DNA of 63,876 nucleotides from a virus (Duplodnaviria; Caudoviricetes): IMG/VR virus record IMGVR_UViG_3300031963_000134, positions 1 to 63,876 of that record; one strand, 5' to 3'. Shown piece by piece: positions 49,601 to 58,300 of this stretch (position 1 is its first letter; each line of letters starts with the position of its first letter). The notes under the pieces were generated by a model. It saw only the letters and a program-made list of their open reading frames with translations, ran no database searches and was not told where the DNA came from. The position numbers and the translations under genes were made by a program.

Positions 49601-52351
49601 TTCAGTAACAGGAGCTTGAGTAACAGGAGCTTGCTGCTCTTCGGTTACAGTAGGAGTAGTAGGTTGCTCAGAAGGTTTTTCAATTTTAATCCTTGAGGTA
49701 CCCTCTGGACCAGTATGGTAAATGGTAAACTTAGCACCTATCTCTTGTAAGTAGTCAATAAACTGACTATCTACTCCCGGCATATCTCCTACTACAAATT
49801 CAGCACCATCTAAATTAGCTTCTCTTATTTGTTGTTTTGTTTCTGCTCTAAGAGGTTTTCCAGAAAGAGAACCGTTTCTGGCTAACATTATAACTTTATC
49901 ACCTTCTTTTGGTGATCCTACTGCACCTAAACTAGTTTTTGATGAAGAATCCTTATCAGAAGATAATTCTACAATAGCTCCATCAGCAACCTCTCGCATT
50001 GCTTTGTCTTTACCATCACCTTGAGGAGTTCCTTTACCTTTATCTTCAAATCCAAACTTATATCCTTGAAATCCTGTAGTAGGTTCTTTCTTAGTAACAG
50101 GGACTTCTTCTTCAGTTACAGGTGTTGGTTGAGCTGTTTCTTTTTTAGATTCAGCTTCTCTTATTTTAAGTTTTTCAATTTCTTTTTCTCTTTTAGCAAT
50201 CTTAGAAACTGCTTCAATAGAAAACATTAAGTCAAAGACAGGGTTTTCTTCTTGGATGTCCCCGTTTTCATTTATCTGTGTTTCAGTGCTGAATCTTTCA
50301 ATAAGAAAGTCATGGTAGTTTTTTTTAGAACTTTCTGTATCAAGAACACGTTTACCGTTTTCTTCTTTATATACAGGTAACAGAAAGTCAGAAGGAAAAT
50401 TTAGTAATTCATCTATTACGTTAATAGATGTTTTGTAAAACATTTTATAAAATGTTTTACCATCCTTTTGGTACTTATAAAAAGATCCTTGAGGAGCAGA
50501 ATTAAACTCAGACTCATTTTCAATTACTTGTACATCAATACCTTTAGCATTGAGATTTCTTTCAATCAGTTTAAATTGACTTTCACTATATTCTGTATTA
50601 GATTTAGTTAAACTAGAGTTTAAACGTTTTTCTAATATTTCACGTAGTTCTTTATTTTTAGACCAATCTTGATCATTGATTTTATATGATACATCATCAA
50701 TCGAAACTACTGCTTTAGATGGATTAAATTGAATCCAAGTAACTGTACTAGCTTCTTCTTCTTCTTTACCAGAATAAACAAATTGACTAATAAGCTGCTT
50801 TCTTCTAAATAAAGACATGGGTACAATCTTACCACTTGCGTCCTTATCATATAATTCAGCTGTAAATAAATCTAATATAGTATTTACTATATCCTGATTA
50901 TCTATATAAGCAGCTTCTTCAATTTGAATCCTTTTACGAATACCTGGGAATTCAAAGTAGGGTACACCTGTAAATTCACTCCTAACAATAAAAGGATTAA
51001 AAAGTCCTTTTCTACCTCTGAATATTCTTTCAAGAGGTACTAGATTCTGAGCAATTCTAACAACCTGCCCACCACTTGTATTTAAAATAGTACCTGATAA
51101 TCCATCTGAGGGATTATCAAGTTCTACTGTATCTCTACCATAAAGGTTTTTTGTACTACGTTTAGCTTTATGTGTAGAAGATCTAAGTGCAGCTTGTATT
51201 TTTCCAAAATTTTCAATGACCTTTTTAGATGAATCAATAGTTTCATCAATTACTGTTTTTCTTTCTTCTTCGCTTAATTGTTCTAAAGAGAAAACCCCTT
51301 TGCTTACTACAGCTTTTTGCAGCTCTTTATTGTAAACCTGTTCAAGTATTACAAAAGAGTTTAGTAATTCATTTTCTATTTTTTCAAAATCTATATTCAA
51401 TTTTGTCATTGCTGTTTTTAATTTTTGCATCAATGACGCTATTTTCTCATTAGAGACAGGAAAGTTTTCATTAAAAATTTCTTTTAACTCATTATTTTTT
51501 AATACACTATTATATGCATTAAAAGTAGATAAAGGGTAAAAAACAGGAAACTGAGATTTATCATCTGTTACATTTCCATCTTCATCAAATAGTAAAATAT
51601 TACCATCATTATCAGTAAGAACAATGTATGTATCGTTTCTTTGAATTATTTGATCAAATCGAAACTTTTTAGCATTCTCACTAGTCAAAGAATTCTTTAA
51701 TTGCTCTCTTACAATTTCACCAGCTAACGCTTTAAAATAAATCCCAATACTTGAACTGTCTTCTAAATTCTCATTTCTTAATTGACTGATAATTTTATTC
51801 ATTACTGCGACACTCCTGTTTTTAAATTCATCAGGAGTAGAAGCATAAAGAGTTCTAGTTCTTAATGGGTTTGCTGTAATTGATTTAAGTTTTCTTTCAT
51901 ATACTTCTTGTTCTTGAGAAATAGACTCCTCATCTTTTTTAGTATTATTAATTTGTTGCTGTAATGTATTAGCTTTTTCAGCTAAGTTCACATTCAACCC
52001 CAATACAGAACGAACAGCATCAAGACCAGAATCTGACGAATTAAATGCTTTAACTTTATCGTAGAGGTTAATAAATTGATCCTTACTAATAAAGGAATCG
52101 TGAAGAGAAGGTTTTTTAGTAGACAGTGCTCCCTGGTAAGCATTCAAATATGAAATGCTTATACGTGCAGCATCAAGAGCGGTATCTTCTGCTAAACCGT
52201 TTTTTAAAAGAAAATTGTACAACTCTTTAATAAAGTTGTCTAGGTCGATACTCTTATTAGACTCTGCTATAACGTCAGCTCTTTTAAAAATGATATTTGC
52301 TAAAGCGCTGCGCTGTTCCGGAGAAAGAAGACACTTCATGTTATTTAACAT
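37631..52351 (-). CDS. virion-packaged two-barrel RNA polymerase polyprotein (4906 aa)
   Basis: RIPVQGLNSM and GSDFDIDK (43865-43879) catalytic motifs, TQMRK, NGWVDVAKD; plus zincin HEAWH and RecD-like helicase motifs; alternative start ATG 52339. Confidence 0.92.
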   Translation of the reverse strand: MLNNMKCLLSPEQRSALANIIFKRADVIAESNKSIDLDNFIKELYNFLLKNGLAEDTALDAARISISYLNAYQGALSTKKPSLHDSFISKDQFINLYDKVKAFNSSDSGLDAVRSVLGLNVNLAEKANTLQQQINNTKKDEESISQEQEVYERKLKSITANPLRTRTLYASTPDEFKNRSVAVMNKIISQLRNENLEDSSSIGIYFKALAGEIVREQLKNSLTSENAKKFRFDQIIQRNDTYIVLTDNDGNILLFDEDGNVTDDKSQFPVFYPLSTFNAYNSVLKNNELKEIFNENFPVSNEKIASLMQKLKTAMTKLNIDFEKIENELLNSFVILEQVYNKELQKAVVSKGVFSLEQLSEEERKTVIDETIDSSKKVIENFGKIQAALRSSTHKAKRSTKNLYGRDTVELDNPSDGLSGTILNTSGGQVVRIAQNLVPLERIFRGRKGLFNPFIVRSEFTGVPYFEFPGIRKRIQIEEAAYIDNQDIVNTILDLFTAELYDKDASGKIVPMSLFRRKQLISQFVYSGKEEEEASTVTWIQFNPSKAVVSIDDVSYKINDQDWSKNKELREILEKRLNSSLTKSNTEYSESQFKLIERNLNAKGIDVQVIENESEFNSAPQGSFYKYQKDGKTFYKMFYKTSINVIDELLNFPSDFLLPVYKEENGKRVLDTESSKKNYHDFLIERFSTETQINENGDIQEENPVFDLMFSIEAVSKIAKREKEIEKLKIREAESKKETAQPTPVTEEEVPVTKKEPTTGFQGYKFGFEDKGKGTPQGDGKDKAMREVADGAIVELSSDKDSSSKTSLGAVGSPKEGDKVIMLARNGSLSGKPLRAETKQQIREANLDGAEFVVGDMPGVDSQFIDYLQEIGAKFTIYHTGPEGTSRIKIEKPSEQPTTPTVTEEQQAPVTQAPVTEEQTRKRKGERFDINSPDFVWNKSYLQRLKNEKVTEEHIKAAEEWWSKSPLSKFFPVDTVLKAINSSKNGPLAEWSVNGIILYHYYQEGGKVDKSRSGDFTDIYHEAWHGFTQTFLSKEELNSIYDEFRKREGSFVDYQGNYVLYKDAKPWQAEEFLAEEFRRYAMGGGKVIDKTKSPVRNTIFRRILNFLKELFGKTTVEEFVANPMANSKIFEMYDKLYTGDLSGYTFDPSRVQSNTPLQSPYVEPATDTTEAKIWSYQDSMLMVRTIESLISDTIDDFNRAGNDDSKNVTAQLLTKSLPITRRLYNEVLWRLDNEVLEDLNIKLKNAANQAEALEISHYINLVQNTIDTFGDPNAIDETLEGDGFLYYHMEKSKITDVFLEESEDQDPETVDLIKALNNYERGGNESSLKDIASDQVKRLLKSIKRYDEKGNVVKNVIGRAETENSSVVFFKLAKLLGGTLTKPEMYNKMLVAAEADPIVKEVLSKLGIPDSKTMSSNVLWTQFWKVFNSSNVKLVQMSVREKSDGHPFDKSYKYEVRIGSGHSSEKPILNKWHNTFGIQEFKNYKKIDPAKNKAYVNINSLVEFLKDKKLDPKKVREFLAAVGVDLSYKQNINDFLSKPETYEKVDAVFQNIIKMADMKVERLYTLGEVFGEATAASPFFGKKEIIGMGSFLNELAVIESTYGNYTGTFSQKNAEGNVQYEFTLNNTISIIVNTVNSVNSYKELMEHPEMQHLNIKNSPFVNSSLLFERLFDMEDYRKGGEGRRLNKIEFNNLSGVKLIGEKSDVGVAAAKSDEISKLITDLHLTLEGRQELMRHADKGTSFTLYIKGKGLYVDLKKLSSPTNPFEYTSELVYSRYFKAEFERIKKLDELYKKSRTTSIEYDQTYLDKGRDFHIFESILDDNLKTEVLKYNSFDEIPKSLVSNKIIPAINQYFERQVQDVSNRLGTETFIDDKLYAAANKANDNLVQDNKTVILRTFVVNNWIHNVETLSLIYGDLALYNHLKEEFHKRNAGAGSTGTLFASDKASIKYALSKGMIYANNLRSKDPNYVNEYIPVNDDGSYNSAVFEDNKIASIYYDELVEGYKEELYERFKDKIDSLSEEEADKFKKELDKKAEKTYKEYSGMTEGDAQGWITFDAYRAFSILEGNWSNDQDNLYRKIAQGEKINQEKIAEFFPTRKFQYWGPLKTEEGVPPLMGFHKFSLVPLIPTMIEGKNLEKLHDKMIKENIAYSLFKSGSKVSTIVKIDNGKAISDKFYSNSEEHTFDDSKEYTKNTAYLHFLKNQLEIASSFKEKVTFPTQMRKLVFNGLMIAGIPTDFEKSLPLSERIKKWDSITSEEKKREASKFYNVLKEYENNIQALSNLLKEELKKKATITHEDPKNPNSPIILTPELKKFILSELDKQDLGDHELDFMKTAPTGKVIRDLSFSLSTDKLDRVLNSIVTKRLVKQKFTGEGLIQVSGAGFESYNRGIESEVLKDLVKQRDFKNIELLTLLQEQELNEQRLEVVVALRLPKIKPDNARKETGLGVGTKRDINPSLLSTTGVTVENAAELLMEDMNELGFQTDEQELRDIIIDVLSTGKQEYLNQYIKSDEIEILEEEIKDLNSKIKDLDSGEEIDATRIYLSEKDYKAAVKEADNRPLTERIPQNLISGETKFGTTQFARPEIIKALGTKKPKSIDMIEGGYRTRTTRTEEELTKYNITEGSYTYMYGSDANKNIKKVLVQITKITKGTEKETWYKEGWTDEGFKNLERFKNPYVIEFKLVQEGTSKRTFRGKLSKEESFKYGTNGLSFYQRDFTVDENGKKVYGKTKAMKVKIALQGPFRALLHLNHNDGNKIENLDRLNDMIKNEEWLNKDNHRNMITITGPRIPVQGLNSMEFAEVYEFLDESAGNIVVLPSEIVAKSGSDFDIDKLTFMYPNLETYPDKAYWLTEAGQEKAKEIESILKSKGFDVSITKDVISKLVTEKRKDLSTEEKKIYDLLVKQGPMNVRYDLSTKTEEGLQNRIQENMREMLSFPENFYALVRPNDKDIVEPIAKDAAKFAQKRNYRTVTDKTTGDKRISATNILEIGYNLDKHQQNRIGKDTLGLGAVDNTYNALFNRIGMRLNHGYSDTFGKNTEYIPLDMYLPHNKLQDEKGRDVISLSHIYDAENEHSISDIISQMINGWVDVAKDAWIFNIQGNKEIAPTLLFMVQAGVPVRQAVMLVSHPLVREYVELQRKYRSTFARPLGMEIDNPNFAQFKTRADMIRDLFPNYVSSFEVYKDSYTNGSIYYLSQDYLHDNEESRKLFSQEKNKEGKTAFESFIVESQNRKGDYSDQDKALFLHFLEIENMAGAVKNAKLKSNFDTKTSNTTFEVNKALSEYEAMLMSAMLPTKIVKKLGDETILKSFKVQDFQKEIFGGLFSFKNSSLLSSVDEDYHNEIRSLFKNDEEVERTYVNDFISYAFQNSIREFNLNNVIDKGYKGSKVVDDSEKVKQVFGVDSLANGVFVKEQNGEPVIYVDRKQLDKQFFDLKNSGGKYQRNLTLPDGTVIKLANLDVSAFGTKDDYLAFVFEREMLRYRYRKEANGLERLKSREDYKNKYAKVKTLFPQKESESNESYNNRIDILTYDVVLRDMALDNVYNSWKMFESEDTYADQFQNILNKYGNKLKNNYSLFEYISVNNLENNGIREMSNLFLNNTMLESDEINRLNQNILELSNPSAIRIDEEISNEERIRIAEFFSRFSIYAFLQSGMDAKSSFSLIRISPQDRLHAIIDSAMEKYKNGVDPVEQAYFTAQFITNNTDRSKRSRFKNYKLSSENIINVKGYDPNRISVENDNSVKLDTTNLNDVEASSIAKDNPNLLFISDGTLNQDETVVRKNNLALSSNYVLSNTQNVVTIPTQIGVDLNNPSNQVNDVTSSQAEKEKVEVIEGTPDYSTSVSKEVDYQYFGKNYKVLVVNGVGIEVVDAGKSTDVVKLLKFFNENPDVDPQNGKQFRFIKTAEVKKPTKTVVVPEGSNPNNNVIFETPTEKYLMNDQQQTAYDEIFSFVRKKLDSPVKQEFKGSQTKSFEGSDAQFNGIIPMQLWNNMIGLIGRGGVGKTTLISEIVKQLEINDFQFDAEYDVMYLAPTHNAVLMLRESLGVKTGRKKVANIRTTQSFTKRNTNNPSKADPKDLERMKKIFAGKPVPADTLYMQNLEDLKNEYIKYFEKNGSFPRNSILKQKVVIIDESSMLSENFIEDLATLIEFEQELYKEEGISTPPLPVFIYMGDYRQLSPVDSNKTEGVISGTLFGSEGQNEGKAFELTQVMRTKDKAFHKIFDSVGNQVDEMRKAVEEGRKVPEFSFAEYDRLTNESSENMWVVPKNDINKLINFYIDELSKSNNPYEIFWTHYNNNVNENTIALFDKIRASYFKKLGYEPDLVKEKVTIKKYYMGKVTEQQASKIFSGDYIEFSGTEPISLPETIFNNTLYLNNIIYPRGRYKVLDIKESKVPLNEIGIGRFIEQMIGIDLSKIDVDVSYMELNNRYDEKIIHTIMRSDIGTMFKVKRDSREVNGKKKNFIYIEFTDPSSGNVNSFEIPWSVYFDNQDMFNSLERFRTESPESFYNLSYIGSTHTVQGNSLNKIIVGDENIRQNSKVIDPRDTASSLYVALTRVRSKLIILKPDTTNTNIVSEKNDQSLFNPEIKTTTPEVANDSPVVENVGSSDDVLNNLRNNSSKLDPAFERRRSALRNVIANIELLRQTDPAKFGPKIKQIAEDFKMIGESDGFIGSTVPETSNDYVSTTNIYEESWGEAANKNFKGMNSVMVSGSGTWNPSSRGGKITFENINDHFTKFYEPLIEQAIAEGVRVFNVGKAPGIDKITREFLLKKGFTETDNDRFLSFTVTSTKSSSDNINQPFVDVNGMTISPIIKERIDNAIETIKKEVSKGKRIVVPQQGLGQYLIGADPITGELNKNAKPVASQTFLYLSQRLAELGIQNNNFNQASGISTEEILKQQKVVTDEEVIEAMMCLFGIGK

Positions 52352-55300
52352 TACAGGATATTAAAATCTCTAAAGACTCTTGTTCAATTTCAGCTAAAGA
52401 CTTTGTCTTTACATACTCATATCTTTCATCAGCAGACATATCATCATCAGCCATACTATTGACAACTTCATTAGATGCTTTATTGTCTTCTGGGGTAATT
52501 TTTTTCTGTTCTTCAAGAACAGTATTAAGGTTTTCATTCGCCATATACATAATACCATTCTTTTTGAAAGTCCCTTTAGTAAACTCTAAAGGTTTAAGGT
52601 CTTTAGGACTTGATTCTTGAGCGTTGATTGAACCCAAAACTACTGTTTTTCCGTTATTTGACACAACCTTCCTTAGAGTTTTATCAAACATAATTACAAC
52701 CTTACCGACGGTAAGATCTTTGAATTTAACCTCCTTAGCAAACTTGATAATAGCTTTCTGATACATTTCATCAATAACCTCTGCGGTAAACCTATTATCA
52801 ATTATACCCAGTGAGAGAACAGCTTTATCATACCAAGCTTTTGCATCTTCAACAGATTGGATATCATTCCATGCTTCAGATAATTCTTCAACAGTATTAA
52901 ATGTTCTACCTGTTTCAACAGGTTCTTTAGGTTTAGCTGTTTGTTCTAAACTCGCTAGTTCTTTATATACTACACTATTTTTTCTTCCAGCTTTTTCAAG
53001 AGCTTGCATAGCTTGTTCTCGAGACATCTCTCCTTTACTAACAGCATCTAAATACATCGCATCGTATTTTTCATTAATAGGTCTTGGATCCTTGCTGTAT
53101 AATTCTACAAATGCATCAGGTACATTGTAAGGTGACAATACGTTTTCACGTACTGTAAGAGGGTTGAATGTAAACCTTTCCCCATTTTTAGTATACTCTA
53201 AACTTCTACCATACTTATCTTTTTTCGATATGATCTCATATCTCCTACCATAGACATCATACCCTACGAATCCAATTGGACTAAATCTAAGAGTAGCTGT
53301 GTCACCTAATTCTTTTCGTCTTTCCTTTTCTATATCAGGAGCTTTAACAGGTTCTGCAGAAGGTACAACTTCAGGTTTAGCTTCTAAAGTAGCTGGTTCT
53401 GCATCATAATTAGAAATATCTTCAGATTTAATATCCTGTAGCATTTCGATGTATGTGGCAGCATGTCTATCTATTGTAGCATCAGATACATCAGCTCTCT
53501 CAACACCAGCAGCAATATCTGCCTTAATCCTTTGTTTTGCTAATTCAGGATTTAAAGGCATTAGTTTATACTTAATATTAGCTGTAGGTAGAGCTTCTTT
53601 GACAGCATTGATAAAAGGTCTTCTTCTATCTTTTCTAAGATTAGTGCTATCAATAATTACTCTCTTACCTTCTTTAACAGCATTAATTGCTCTCTCTTTT
53701 ACAGCTTCATATATTTCGTCATCTTTACTTTTGTCATTAATATCTCCAGTAAATTCTATTCTCATTTCATCAGGAGAAATTACAACAAATTCATTATTCT
53801 TATTTACAGATTTAATCCAAGTAGATTTTCCACTTCCAGAAGTACCAATAGGTAATATAATATCAGCTTTCTTAGCTTCTACATCAGAAACAGGAGTAGT
53901 AGCAGTAGTAAGCTCAGGACCTGTAGGAGTACCATAAGTAGTTGTAGGAGTAAACGTACCTGCGGTAGTGACTGGAGTAGTTTTTTCAATTACATATTGA
54001 GAAGCGTCTTCGCTTTTCATATCAATCAAATAGAGCTCATTAGTTTCAGGATCTCTTAATCTAATGAGTTTTTCTTCTCTATTTAACTCATCATTCCAAT
54101 CGCTCTTTACTTCTTCTACTACAAAAGTTTTATCTACAAGGACTACAGTATCTGCTTCTCCTTGTTTACTAGCAGGTCCACTAAAGAGAATAGTTTCCCC
54201 TTTGCTTGGTATTTTTCTCTTGGGTTCAATCTTGGTTAGCGATTTCTTTTCTTCAGCTGGTACAAACTGTTTCTCCTCATTATATCTTTTAATAATATCA
54301 CGAGCTCTAGAGTTTGATTGTACCATTTGTTTGAATGTTGTACTAACAACAATTTCATCATAAGGCGCATCAAATTTAGGGGTTATATCATCTTCCCTAA
54401 ACTCTTCTCTATATAGAGTAACAAGCTTTTCAAGAAGCTCTCTATCCATATTCTCAACAGGAGTAGTAACTTTTACTTCTTTTCCTGTTTGAGTTTTTCC
54501 TTCAGGTTTAGCTACAGTTTCAGTTTCTGAAGGAATACTAACTTGTTCTAAACCTTGACCAAAGAGTTCTTGAACTGATTCCAATACTGTAGCATTAGAA
54601 TCAATTTTAAATGCGCTAGCTAAAAACTCTTTAACAGCTTGTATAAACTCCTTCCAAACATCATTCTTATATTGAGGACGTTCTTTAGGATCAATCTTTA
54701 TTTCTCCAAGAAGCTTTTGAAAAGCTTCATTCATCATAGCTTCAGCTACGAAGTTTACATTATCAGATAAAGCTACATCCTCTTCAATTAAAGCTTTAAT
54801 TCGAGGATCAATATCTGTCTTACCTTTTAAATGTTTAATAGTAAGATCACGAAGATCAGTTATCTTATCACTTGTAGCTTTATCGTCAAGAACTTGTTCA
54901 GTAGCAACTTTGGTAACAAGCCCGTGAATGATTGAAGATTCAATTGGATACCCGGTCGTACCCATGTAATCACTTGAAGCATATCTAGCATCAATAAATA
55001 GCTCCTTCGTAGAAGGATCATATTTATTCATCGACTCTAGATTTTTTACAAAAGTGACTTTTGCGTCTTCAGGAATTACACTTAATAATCTTTTTAATAA
55101 AGCTCTACTTTGCTGATCTCTAATGTATGTGCTATCAATTAAACTTAAAATAAGTTCCTGCGCAGATACAGTAGTACTTTCTGCTCTTGGATCAAATCCA
55201 AATTGTTCACCTAAATCAGCTAAAGTTCTTTCGTCATCTTGGTACTTTCCTAAGTTGAAAAATCTTACAACTTCTTTTTCTTCTATAATTGCTTTACCTA

Positions 55301-58300
55301 ATACTGTAGCAGCATTATTCTTTTCATATTCTTCAACTACATCAAGAATTTTCTTGAAGAGTTCAGAATTAAAAGGCACTACTTTTTTATTTACAGTATC
55401 ATAGAATGTTACACCACCATAGCTACCATCTTGAAGTTGTTCACCTCGAAGATCATTTTTGATCAAATAGATCATCTCGTCTTCTGGAACAAATACACCA
55501 AGATCAAATAGCTTACTTAACAAGCTATTCTTATCCTCGTACTCTTTTGATTTGTTGTAACCCTTTAAAACAATTTCTTTTTTTCTCTTTGCTAACTCTT
55601 CTCTAATCTTCTTTCTTATATCAGCATAACGACTAAAGTACTGAGGATCACTTAACATATTGATAGTTTTAGCAAGAGCTTGTCTATCATTATCTAAGTA
55701 ATAAAAGTCTTTAATCATATCAAATGCTTCGTTGAGAGAACTATCCATAATCTCAACGTCATTCATACTAGCTATATAACGCATGTATTCTACATACGTA
55801 TCATATAAGTCAGCTAATGATTCAGATACATCATCCCCCATACCTGCGTATTTTTCAGGCATAGTAGACTCTTTAGATACATCATATGCATCTACAGCAT
55901 CAAGACGATTAACTGTTTTTTCTTTTCCTTTTGAATCTTTTAAAGTAGCAGTACCATCTTTAAGTACGGATGCTATAGTAAATTCTTCTCCAGTTTTCTT
56001 ATCAACTACTTTAGCACCTTTTCTAAATTGAGCATACTTTTTTCTACGCTCGTTTTCTTGAGGTGAAAACTCAGATAACTCTGTTGTTTTAATTAAACGA
56101 GAATTATGATCTGCTTTAGCATCCCATGCATTTAACAAATCTAATTTTTTCTTAAGCTTTTCAGCTTCTGCTTTTTGCTCATCTGTACCAGTTTCAAGAA
56201 TAGAAATTTGAGAAGACAAAGCTTTTTTCATTTGTCCTCTTTGAGAATGATCTAAGAGAACTGTAACATCTTCAGAGTTAACTTCTGAAAACGGTTTACC
56301 ATTTTTAAATCCGGTAAACAAACTTTTGAAAAAACCCTTTTTATTACCTAAAGTATCAGATAACGAACTCATTCTCGAGGCGGTATCTTCTGCAGCATTA
56401 ACATTAAAAATTATGTGCTTAACACCATCTTCCCAACCTTGATATGCATTTACAGCTTCTGCAAACTCAATAGGATTTTCTTCTTTATTAATAGTCCATG
56501 GTTCATATGGATTAGCAAACTTTTCTTTAGCAAGATTATATTGTTTCTGAAGTTTTTTAGCAAAATCAATCTTCTCTTGTACTGTTTTTCTACCATCAGC
56601 TACATCTGAAATATCTAAATCATGTGCTTCTGCAAATGCTTGATCATCTAACTTTAGTATATCATTAAAGTGATCTATAACCAAATTGGTTGAGTTAGAT
56701 GAAGCAAGAGTCCACATATGATTAAACTCTGTTTCAAAATTTAAATCTTTTTCTGCTTTTACATCACCGTTTTGACGAGCCTGTTTAGCGTCTTGAGCTG
56801 TTGTAATTGTATTAGCATTGTTTTCAGCTCTTCTATTTTTATCAAGAACAAAGATGTTATCAGTAATAAAGTTTGCTGCGTTTATTCTTTCATTATTTCT
56901 TTCTTGTATTTTATTCTGACGTTCAGTACGTTCTTTTTCAATTGTAGCTCTATCTTTTCCTTGAAAAATATTATCTGCAGCATTAAGTCCTTTAATGATA
57001 CCACCTTGAAGAGGACCAAGAATACCACCCGTTAAATAACCTTGAGCAAAGACATTTAATCCTTCAAGAGAAAGCTGCTCACCCATACCATGAGCAATCC
57101 CACTTAACCAGTTATATGAACTAGCATATGTTGGGTCTTCAAGCTTACGTCTCTCATAATCAAGCATTCCCGCCGTAATTGATTCTTGACCAGCTTCTTG
57201 AAATGCTTCACTTATATTTTTAGAAAGATATTTAAGACTTACAGGGTTATATGGAGATGTAGCTATTTTTTTAAGTGATCCTTTTACACTCCATTTAGCT
57301 GCTTCCTCAGCAGCTTTATATGCTTGAGTCTGACCAACTTTAAATTCTTTAGCTGCTGTTTTAGTTAATGCACGTTTATCACCTTCTAAAAATGATGCAG
57401 CCATTCTACCTTTAGCACGTACGCGGTCAAACATGTCCTCAAATACAAACTTGTTAGTTGTATAGATTAATGCTGCGTTTGACATTACAGTATTGAATTT
57501 AATACTGTCGCCACTGTCTGCTATTTTTTGAGCTTCTTCACCTGTAGGTAATTCACCATGTTTAGCATAATAAGCATCTAGTGAATTTTGAATATGTTGA
57601 GCTTTAGCACCAGCTCCTTCTAATAGTGATTCAGAAAATGCTAAATCTAGTTGTCGTGCATCATTATAAAAAGCTCCAAATGACTTTGACATTTTAGCAA
57701 GGGTAGTCATATTTTCAAATGACTTTTTACCCTTTATAGCATTACTAACAAGCTCTGTTGTATTTTCTAAAGGATTAAGAAAGTTACCTACGGTTTTTGC
57801 GCCACTTTTAGCAATATCAAATACGGACTTTGCACTATCAATATTTTTTAGTTGTTTAATGGTATCATAACTACCATTCAACATTCTAGTTAATTTATCA
57901 AACTTTAATGCTGATCTAGCACCTGCTGCTCCTAAAGACGTACCTCCAGTAAAGGGTGAAATAAGTCCTAAAGCTAGATTCTCAACAGCCATTTCACCAA
58001 GAATACCTATAGAGTAACCAGCATTTAACCCAAAATTTGTTATCCATCCTCCTACTCCACCGCGGGTAGTAGTACCTATCGCCATGGATTTTTCAAGTTC
58101 TTTATTCCAATAATCTTCATCACCCCATAAAGAGGATCCGGGTAGACCACTTAAGAATCCTAACCCGATTCCTTTCATAGTAGGTACAAAAGCTCTTACT
58201 CCATCATCCCACCATGATCCTTTTTCATTATAAAGAGTCTCGTTATCTCTATAAGGATTAAACCCAAGCTTATCATACATCCCGTGGCGGTAGTACCGCT

